The notes below the pieces were generated by a model that saw only the letters and a list, made by a program, of their open reading frames with translations, searched no databases and was not told where the DNA came from. Of a DNA stretch of 64,000 bases, positions 18,974 to 27,188 are shown piece by piece. Source of the stretch: an uncultured Gemmatimonadales bacterium. GTDB lineage: Bacteria > Gemmatimonadota > Gemmatimonadetes > Longimicrobiales > RSA9. The stretch covers positions 224,001-288,000 of the forward strand of contig CAWCRS010000005.1 in the NCBI GenBank assembly GCA_963798085.1, read 5' to 3'. The stretch's first letter is position 1; each line of letters begins with the position of its first letter. A program made the position numbers and the translations under genes.

Positions 18974-21392
18974 GTGGACCTCCTTCTGCGCGACATCCGG
19001 TTTGCGCTGCGCACACTGCGCGCGAGTCGCGGCTTCACGCTGGTGGCGGTGCTTTCGCTCGCGGTCGGCACGGGTGCGACCACCGCCGTGTTCAGCCTGG
19101 TGAATGCCATTTACCTCGCGCGCCCGGACTTTCCCGACTCCGATCGCCTGGTCGACATCCACGAAGAGAGCGCAACGCAGCTGTGCGCCGGGTGCGGCGT
19201 GGGCACATCCTACGACGGCTTCCGCGACTGGAAGGATGCGGCCAGGTCGTTTTCCGCGATGGCGGCGTACGGCGAGAATCCGTTCGTCGTGGGCGGCGGC
19301 GACGCACCGGAGCAAGTGACCGGCGCACTGGCCAGCGCCGGTCTGTTCTCGGTGCTGGGCGTGGCACCGATGCTGGGACGCGGTTTCGTGGCAGAGGAGG
19401 ATCGCGCCGGCGCACCCGGTGTCGTGGTGCTGAGCGAATCGCTCTGGCGGCGGCGCTTCGCTGCGGACCGCGATGTGGTGGGCAAGGCCATCCGCCTGAA
19501 CGGTGAGGCATACACCGTCATCGGTGTCATGCCGCCCAACTTCCAGTTTCCCGAATTCAGCGAGCTGTGGGTGCCGTTCGAGGCACACGCCGTGCGCGGT
19601 GCGCGCAGCCAGCGTGACTACGGCGTGGTCGCGCGACTGCAGCCGGGCACCAGCGTGTCGCAGGCGAACGCCGAATTGAAAACGATCGCGGCGCGCATTC
19701 GAGCAGAGCTTCCCGCAGGAACAGAAGGAATGGACGGCGGGTGTGTCCACCCTGGCACAGGAGCAGGCGAGTCAGGTCGGTCCGTATTTCTGGGTGCTGC
19801 AGGGTGCCGTGTTCTTCGTGCTGCTGATCGTGTGCGCCAACATTGCCGGGCTCATGATCGCACGCGCGGCCGGCCGCGAGCGTGAGATGGCGATTCGCGT
19901 GGCCACCGGCGCCAGCCGTTCCCGCCTCATCCGGCAGCTGCTCACCGAGAGCATGATCCTGGCGCTCGTCGGTGGCGGGCTGGGTCTGCTGCTCGCGCGC
20001 TGGGGCGTCGATCTGGCCGTGCGCGGCATCCAGACCCAGGTGCCGTACTACGTGCACTTCGGCATGAACGCACGCGTGCTGGTGTTCGGCCTGCTGACAT
20101 CGCTGTTGACAGGCCTCGCCTTCGGCCTGCTGCCGGCCCTGCGCGCATCGTCGCCGAACCTGCAGGACACACTGAAGGAGGGCGCGCTCTCCACCACCGC
20201 GAGTCGCAGCCGCAACCGCATGCGCGCCGGGCTGGTGGTGCTGGAGGTGGCGCTGGCGCTGGTGCTGCTGGCGGGCGCGGGGCTCATGATCCGCACCTTC
20301 CTCCGCCTGAACACCATTCCCTCGGGTTATGTGGCGCCCGAGCACGTGCTGCTCGCCGACCTGGTGCTGCTGGACGCACGCTTCCAGGATCCCGCGCAGG
20401 TGCGCGCCACGGTGGACGAAGTGCTGCAGCGCATTGCCCGCCTGCCCGGCGCGAGCGCCGCGATCGAGCACACGGAATTCGTGGCCGGCTTCGGGACGGC
20501 GGACCGCAGGATCGCGGTCGAGGGCATGAGCGACGTGCCGGATGGCGGGTCGCCGCGTTTCTACTTCTCGGTAACACCAGGTTACTTCCAGAGCCTGGGA
20601 CTCCGCCTCGTCGCGGGCCGCGGTCTCGATGCGCAGGATGGGCCGGGCGCGCCACCCGTCGCACTCGTCAATGAGTCAATGGCGAAGCGCATCTGGCGCG
20701 GGGCATCACCGATTGGCGCCCGCATCCGACTGGATGCCTCCCGTCGCGATGCGCCGTGGCTGACCGTCGCCGGCGTGGTGAGCGATGTCGAAGGTGACAC
20801 GCCGGGGCGGCCGGCCCGGAGCTACGCCTATGTGCCATTCGCGCAGAGTCCGGGGCGACCCGCGAGACTGCAGGTGCGCGCCAGTGATGCGATGGCGCTG
20901 CTGCCCTCGATCCGCGCAGAGCTGGCCTCGCTGCCCACCGATCTGCCGTTGCAGGACGTGCGTACGCTGGAGACGGACCTGCGCCGCGGTCTCTGGCCAG
21001 TGCGCTTCTATGCCGTCGCGCTCTCCTCGCTGGCCGCGTTCGCCGCACTGCTCGCCGTGCTGGGCATCTGGGGCGTGATCGCGTACACGGTAAGCCTGCG
21101 CACACGCGAGATCGGCATCCGCGTGGCGCTGGGTGCGACGCGCATGCGCGTGCTGCGCATGGTCGCCGCAGAGGGCGCCTGGCTCGCCGGGATCGGCCTG
21201 GGGCTGGGACTGGCAGGCGCGTTCGCGCTCACACGCGTGATCGGCGTCATGCTGTACGGCACGAGCCCCATCGATCCGCTCGTCCTCTCCCTCGTCTGCC
21301 TCACGTTCGCCACCGTGGCCCTGATCGCCACGCTGGTGCCGGCGAGGCGAGCCACACGCGTAGATCCCATGGTCGCACTCCGGACCGACTGA
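18974..21392 (+). CDS. Second duplicated ABC permease (ADOP-like); 1-nt frameshift at ~19698
   Basis: LLRDIRFALRTLRASRGF...; removing one T from cattcg (19696-19701) joins RIEQSFPQEQKEWTAGVSTL to VLLIVCANIAGL...RRATRVDPMVALRTD. Confidence 0.9.
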
Positions 21393-21537
21393 GGCCCCAC
21401 CCTCCGGCCTGTCCGCCACCCCTTTCCCCCTGTGTTCCAGGGCCCTCCGCATGCCCGCGTGAAAAAATGCCGCCGAATTGTCGCCCTCCTGTATGAAGGG
21501 CGCCACGGTGGCTGCCCTCGCGATAGCGGAGGACCCC

Positions 21538-23667
21538 ATGACACGCTCGATCGAAAACGCCAGGCGCAGGCGCCGTGCTTACGGCTTCCACCGGGTAATG
21601 GCGGGCGCCCTGCTGGTTCTGTCCATGACAGCCTGCAAACACGACCTGCTGGATCCGGTCGATCCCGCACCGGCGCCCGTGGGCGGGGTGAAGCCGCCTG
21701 CGCAGGACACGTCCGGCAACAAGGGCGGCACCGGTGGCACCGGCGGAACTGCCGGCACCGTCCACCGCAACGACGTAACGTTCGATGGCGATGTGCAGGA
21801 GAACGGTGGCAACGTCACCGTGCACGGTGGCGTGCACGTGACTCTCGCAGACCGGCGTGTCGACTTCCTGGATGCCGACATGCAGATGACGTTCGATGAC
21901 GACGGCGCACTGCGGCACGTGAGCGGCAAGGCGCACATCCCGTCGCCCACATCGCGCATTTCTTTCGCCGACCCCGTCGAGGCCGAAATCGGCATGTACT
22001 CGGGCCGCGAGCTGAACGCCAATGGCATTGCCGGCATCCGCCTGATGGATGACACCGACTATTTCGTGTATCGCGTGAAGACCGCGTTCGAGATGCGCAT
22101 CGCGACCGGCGAGACCGGCGCCAATGCCACGCGGCCCATCGCCATTCGCGCGCCCCTGGGCGGTGAGATCCTGATGGTGGTGGATTACAACGACCCGATG
22201 TACTACGTGTACGGCTCGCAGGACCTGCTGGGCGCACTGGGTTTCGGCTGGTCACTGCACCACCGCATTCCCTTCGTGCCCGATCATCCCGTGCTGGACC
22301 TGGGCGGGTTCAACGGCGGCACGACGCGCACTGGCACGTTCCCCGTGTTCAAGATCGTGTCGATTACAGGCCAGATGGTGGAGAACGAGGACACCGAGGT
22401 GCATCTGTCGCTCGAGGATCCGTTCGACTCGTCGCTGCGCATGGACTACCAGATGGGCTTCAACGGCAAGGCGGAGCTGGACCTGTTCCTGAAGGACATC
22501 GTCGGCTTCAACCTGCCGTTAGCCGAAGCCAGCGGCGGCGTGTGGCGCGAGATCTCGACCGCGAACCTCTTCCGCGGCCACGCGTACCTGAACGGCCTGA
22601 CGACGCAGGACTTCTCGTGGTGGCCCGCGTTCATTCCCGCGAAGCCTATTGCACGGCTGAGCACGCGCGCCGCCATCAAGAGCACGGGCGATTTCGACGT
22701 GGCCCTGGCCGGCACGTACGGCTGGGATCTGCCCACGGGCAGGAGCACCATGGAAGGCGAGTTCGAGCTCACGCCCGCCGCCCTGACGCTGAAGGGCACA
22801 GTAGTCGCCGGCAGCGACAAGGAGAGCGTGGCGGGCACAGTGACGAAGGACTCGACGGTCGTCGCCATCGTTCCGCCTGCCTCGCTGCTTGCAGGCATTC
22901 ACGAGGACGTGCTGAAGGAGGTCGACGACCGCATCGCCGCAGGCCAGAAGGCACTGGATGATCTGCAGAAGGCAACATCGGATTACACGATCGAGCTGAG
23001 CCTGCGCGGGCTGCGGTCGAGCCTGCCCTCGATCGTGCAGACGGCGCGCAAGGCGCTCGACGACGGTATCGCCAGCGAGCTGAGCAAATACAAGGGCAAG
23101 ATCTACTACAGCGAGCTGAAGAGTCAGGTGAACTCGAACGCCAAGCCCTACTACGCCGCGCTCGATCGCCTGGAAACCGCCGCGAAGGAAATCAAGGACA
23201 ACAATGCCACGCGCAAGGAGATCGAAGCTGCACTGCGCGGCCTGGCCGCGAACAAGATCTTCAGCATGACGTTCACGTACAAGGTGCTGGGCAAGACGGT
23301 CGCGACGGTGAAGGTGAGCGAGCGCATCCTTTCGGACGCGAATGCCGCGAAGCTGACGACGGCCGCCGACAACGTGAAGTACATCAAGGAAACGTCGGAC
23401 CGGAAGATCCGCATGCAGCAGATCTATGATGCGGCACCGTCGAAGGAGATCTGGGCGAGGGTGCGGCAGGATATCGACACCGGCGCGAAGCGCATTCCCA
23501 CGCTCAATGCGTTCGGCTTCGTCCTGCACCACGGCGGTTCGCATGCGTTCAGCCTGTATGCAGTCCTGGCAGGCAAGCGCTACGAGCTGGGTTCGGTGAA
23601 CCCGTTCGATCCTGCAGCCGTGGGCAACGCCGTGTCGGTCACGGTCGTGCCCGGTCTGTCCAACTGA
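21538..23667 (+). CDS. Large hypothetical lipoprotein (~709 aa)
   Basis: RBS GGAGGA; basic N-region, hydrophobic stretch, lipobox-like SMTA-C; Gly/Thr linker; beta-rich middle; Lys-rich helical C-terminal third. Confidence 0.8.
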   Translation: MTRSIENARRRRRAYGFHRVMAGALLVLSMTACKHDLLDPVDPAPAPVGGVKPPAQDTSGNKGGTGGTGGTAGTVHRNDVTFDGDVQENGGNVTVHGGVHVTLADRRVDFLDADMQMTFDDDGALRHVSGKAHIPSPTSRISFADPVEAEIGMYSGRELNANGIAGIRLMDDTDYFVYRVKTAFEMRIATGETGANATRPIAIRAPLGGEILMVVDYNDPMYYVYGSQDLLGALGFGWSLHHRIPFVPDHPVLDLGGFNGGTTRTGTFPVFKIVSITGQMVENEDTEVHLSLEDPFDSSLRMDYQMGFNGKAELDLFLKDIVGFNLPLAEASGGVWREISTANLFRGHAYLNGLTTQDFSWWPAFIPAKPIARLSTRAAIKSTGDFDVALAGTYGWDLPTGRSTMEGEFELTPAALTLKGTVVAGSDKESVAGTVTKDSTVVAIVPPASLLAGIHEDVLKEVDDRIAAGQKALDDLQKATSDYTIELSLRGLRSSLPSIVQTARKALDDGIASELSKYKGKIYYSELKSQVNSNAKPYYAALDRLETAAKEIKDNNATRKEIEAALRGLAANKIFSMTFTYKVLGKTVATVKVSERILSDANAAKLTTAADNVKYIKETSDRKIRMQQIYDAAPSKEIWARVRQDIDTGAKRIPTLNAFGFVLHHGGSHAFSLYAVLAGKRYELGSVNPFDPAAVGNAVSVTVVPGLSN

Positions 23668-23837
23668 AACAGACAGCCGCGCGCTTCAGCCTCGCGCCCT
23701 CCGTGGTGGATGTTGCACCGCGGAGGGCGCGCTGCATCGGCCCGTTGTCGGCGGGAAAGGCCCGGCCGTACATTGCCGCACGCTGTGTCCGCCCCCCGGA
23801 CCAGCCCGTGGACCGCACACCGGAACGGCCTGCCCCC

Positions 23838-25142
23838 ATGAAGCCAGTGCGCGTGTTCGTCAGTGCCACGGTCGAGGACCTGGGCGAGGACTGCCGCCCG
23901 CGCGTCCTGAACGCGGTCACGTACGCCGGCGCGCTCGCCATCACCATGGAGACGTGGCCCGCCTCCTACAAACCCGCCGTCGAGCAGTGCCTCGCCAAGA
24001 TTGCAGACAGCACGCACTACCTCGGCGTTTTCGCGTACTACCGCGGCTGGTCACCGGAACCGGGCGAAGTCTCGATCACCGAGCTGGAATTCGAGGGCGC
24101 GCTCGCGAAATTCGCGGAGGACCTCGAGCGCGTCGCGGTGTTCGTACCCGATGAGAGGTCGCGTTTCGCGCGCAGGCTGCGCACCCGCGTTGCTGCAAAG
24201 CAGCAGCCCGAACAGGCAAGCGCACAGCTCGCGTTCCTGAAGCGCGTGATGGCCGCGGCAACGATCGAAAAGTTCGCCGACGATGGCGACCTGGGCATGC
24301 GCGCCGTGCGGCGACTCCAGCTGTGGCAGCTGGGACCGCTGCTCGATCGCCCGCAGGAACCCGTTGCGGCCGAGGCCGCTGCGGTCTCCGGCAGGCAGCC
24401 GCGCGCCCAGCAGGTCGTGGAGCTGGGGCGCGCCGCGCAGACCGGCATGTTCACGGCGGTACTGCAGCAGCTCGCGCTTCCCGGTGCGACCGCGGTGGCC
24501 GCGTGGCTCGTGCATGGCACCGCGGGTCAGGGTCACGACGAGATGCTCGCCCGCCTCATGCGCATCATCGAGTCCGGCACCAACGAGGAGCCCCACAGCT
24601 ACACGGCCATGTGCGGCGCGCTCTGGCGACAACCCGGTCTTACGGGCCTGCTGTCCGCGCTCGGCAAGGAGATCGCACCCGGATGGCAACCTGCATCCGT
24701 CGCGCAGCTGGCTGAACGCATTGCGGAGCTGCGCAAGCTCAGCGATGTCGTACTGCGCGTGCAGTCGCTCCAGAACTATCCGGGCGGCGTCGCCGCGTTC
24801 GCCGCTGAGTTCTGGCAGCCGCTGGCCACGGCACTGACGCAGAAGGCGAGCGCCGCACAGTACCGCATGCTCTGCGTGTGCACGCACGAGGCCGCGACCC
24901 CGGGCGCCGACTGGACGCCGCTGCTCGAGACCGACCCCGCGCACAATGCGCTCAATGCGACGCGCATCATTGCGCTGCCCGAAATGACAGACTTCGATCT
25001 CGCGGAGCTGACAGCGTTCGCGCGGCGCTGGCTGGCGCCCGCCGACGCCGCACTGCTCGCGACCGCATTGCTGGAGGAAACCGCAGGTGCGCCGCACCTG
25101 CTGTACAAGCGTCTCGCCAACCCGGCCACCTGGGCATTGTGA
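23838..25142 (+). CDS. DUF4062 (TIR-like Rossmann) domain + probable inactive STAND NTPase (iSTAND-like)
   Basis: VRVFVSATVEDL...YLGVFAYYRGW...SITELEFEGA (DUF4062 pattern). C-terminal LGRAAQ...AWLVHGTAGQGHDEMLARL (degenerate P-loop, no GK[ST]), FAAEFWQPL, IIALPEMTDF. Confidence 0.72.
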   Translation: MKPVRVFVSATVEDLGEDCRPRVLNAVTYAGALAITMETWPASYKPAVEQCLAKIADSTHYLGVFAYYRGWSPEPGEVSITELEFEGALAKFAEDLERVAVFVPDERSRFARRLRTRVAAKQQPEQASAQLAFLKRVMAAATIEKFADDGDLGMRAVRRLQLWQLGPLLDRPQEPVAAEAAAVSGRQPRAQQVVELGRAAQTGMFTAVLQQLALPGATAVAAWLVHGTAGQGHDEMLARLMRIIESGTNEEPHSYTAMCGALWRQPGLTGLLSALGKEIAPGWQPASVAQLAERIAELRKLSDVVLRVQSLQNYPGGVAAFAAEFWQPLATALTQKASAAQYRMLCVCTHEAATPGADWTPLLETDPAHNALNATRIIALPEMTDFDLAELTAFARRWLAPADAALLATALLEETAGAPHLLYKRLANPATWAL

Positions 25143-25149
25143 GGATTGC

Positions 25150-26097
25150 ATGGCAACCACCCCGCAGGCGCGCTTCCGCGGTACTGGTGCGGCGCCCGAG
25201 GATCCCAACGACACCATCGGCTACATAGCGGACCGGTCGCTGGCCAAGGCCGTCAACATCGCCATCGAACTGGGCCGGCCGCTGCTGGTGAAGGGACCGC
25301 CCGGCAGCGGCAAGACCCGGCTGGCCGAGGCCGTCAAGCACGAGCTGGGTCTGCCGCTGCATCGCTGGTACGTGAAATCGACGTCACGCGCCCGCGATGG
25401 CCTGTACACGATCGACGTCGTGCGCCGCCTGCAGGACGCGCAACGCCAGGACCGCCGCGCACAGCGCCTCACACCCTACATCCGCTTCGGCCCGCTGGGT
25501 GAGGCGCTGCGCAGCAACCGCGAGTCCGTCGTGCTCATCGACGAGATCGACAAGGCCGACATCGACTTTCCGAATGACCTGTTAAGAGAACTGGATGAGC
25601 GCAAGTTCACCATCGAGGAGCTGAACGAGGCCGACCTCACCAGGAAGGAACGCGCGGCCGGCTGGCGCCGCACGTACGGCGAGGCCGCGCCTGGCGAACC
25701 GCCACCACGGCCCATTGTGATCATCACAAGCAACGACGAGAAGGAATTGCCCGACGCGTTCCTGCGCCGCTGCGTTTTCCACTACATCAAGTTTCCGGAT
25801 CCCGAAGCACTGCTCGACATCGTGCGCGTGAACCTGCCCCACTTTGACCTCGAGGAATCACTCGTACGGCGCGCCATCACCACCCTCGACCGGTTCCGCG
25901 AAATCGAAGGCGTACGCAAGAGGCCCGAGACCAGCGAGCTGATCGACTGGGTGCGCATCCTGCACACGTGGGGCGCCGACCTCTCGCCGCTGGATGAGCA
26001 ACCGCCGCTGGGCGACCTGCCGCACTGGGAAGTGCTGTACAAGCACCAGCGCGATGCGCAGGTCATCCGCAATGCGCGAGGGGCCGCGCCCGCCTGA
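25150..26097 (+). CDS. MoxR-family AAA+ ATPase
   Basis: AVNIAIELGRPLLVKGPPGSGKT (Walker A), VVLIDEIDKADIDFPNDLL (Walker B), IVIITSNDEKELPDAFLRRC. Confidence 0.95.
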   Translation: MATTPQARFRGTGAAPEDPNDTIGYIADRSLAKAVNIAIELGRPLLVKGPPGSGKTRLAEAVKHELGLPLHRWYVKSTSRARDGLYTIDVVRRLQDAQRQDRRAQRLTPYIRFGPLGEALRSNRESVVLIDEIDKADIDFPNDLLRELDERKFTIEELNEADLTRKERAAGWRRTYGEAAPGEPPPRPIVIITSNDEKELPDAFLRRCVFHYIKFPDPEALLDIVRVNLPHFDLEESLVRRAITTLDRFREIEGVRKRPETSELIDWVRILHTWGADLSPLDEQPPLGDLPHWEVLYKHQRDAQVIRNARGAAPA

Positions 26098-27188
26098 TGG
26101 ATGCCAGGGCGCCGCTGCTCGCGGCCTTCGAGGAATTGCGCAGGCGGGGTCACCCGCTCGGCATCAGCGAGTACCTCGCCGCACTGCGTGCACTCGCTGC
26201 CGGATTCGGCACCGGTTCGCGTGCCGAGCTGGTCTTCCTCTGCGAGACGCTCTGGGCCAAGTCACTCGATGACCAGTTGCGCGTGCGGGACGCACTCACC
26301 GCCGTACTGCCCGAGTCGTGGACCGATCAGGACCTTCGTGACATCGAGCGGCGGAATGTCATCCATGATCAGGCGACGACACCGCCGCCGGATGCCGCCG
26401 CTGCGCCGCCGCCCGATGCCGCAGCCGCCGGCGCTGGCACGACACTCGATCCGCTCTCGCGCGCGAGCGCATCGGATGCGCCTCGCTCGCTCGCACTGCC
26501 GCCGCTCCCACCCGCACGCCGTGCACGCGATGTGGAATCGCGCTTCGACCTGGAACTGCGCCTCCCCCTGACGCCTCGCCAGATGAATCGCGCGTGGCGC
26601 TTCTACCGGCGCATGGGACGGCGCGGCGTGCCTGTCGATTTCGATGCGGAAGGCACCATCCGCCAGCTCTATCGCCATGGCGTGCTCGTCGAGCCCGTGC
26701 TCATGCCCCGCCGCACCAATCAGGCGAGAGCACTCATCCTCGAGGACACGGGCGGCTCCATGGCGCCGTTTCGCTACATGACGCGCGCGCTCATCGACGC
26801 GGCAAGGCACGCCGGCCTGGCGCGCGTGGATGTCCGCTATTTCCACGATGTCGCAGGCGCTATCGTCTATCGCGATGCGACGCGACTGGAACCGCTTCCG
26901 CTCGACGACGCAACCTCGTTCTTCGTCGACTCCGGCATGCTCATCTGCAGTGACGCGGGCGCGGCGCGCGGCCGACTCGACCGGCCGCGCGTCGAGCGCA
27001 CGGCGCGCCTCATCGAACGGTTGCGCCAGGTCACGCCCGCCATCGCCTGGATCAATCCCGTGCCACCGGAGCGCTGGCGCGGTACGACTGCGGCCGCCAT
27101 CCAGCAGCGCACCGACATTCCCATGTTCCCGCTCGATCGCACGGGCGTGCAGCAGGCGGTGGACATCATGCGCGGTCGCGCGGAATGA
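26097..27188 (+). CDS. vWA domain protein (MoxR partner)
   Basis: LRRRGHPLGISEY, LCETLWAKS, MIDAS-like ILEDTGGSMAPF, YFHD, SDAGAARG, WINPVPPERWRGTTA. TGATG-coupled to MoxR. Confidence 0.88.
   Translation: MDARAPLLAAFEELRRRGHPLGISEYLAALRALAAGFGTGSRAELVFLCETLWAKSLDDQLRVRDALTAVLPESWTDQDLRDIERRNVIHDQATTPPPDAAAAPPPDAAAAGAGTTLDPLSRASASDAPRSLALPPLPPARRARDVESRFDLELRLPLTPRQMNRAWRFYRRMGRRGVPVDFDAEGTIRQLYRHGVLVEPVLMPRRTNQARALILEDTGGSMAPFRYMTRALIDAARHAGLARVDVRYFHDVAGAIVYRDATRLEPLPLDDATSFFVDSGMLICSDAGAARGRLDRPRVERTARLIERLRQVTPAIAWINPVPPERWRGTTAAAIQQRTDIPMFPLDRTGVQQAVDIMRGRAE

Noticed and set aside
26381..26430. Short direct repeat ccgccgcc.gatgccgc.gc and other GC-rich micro-repeats (21722-21760, 28012-28080)
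   Set aside because: They encode low-complexity Pro/Ala or Gly/Thr linkers; there are no spacers, so not CRISPR or regulatory arrays.
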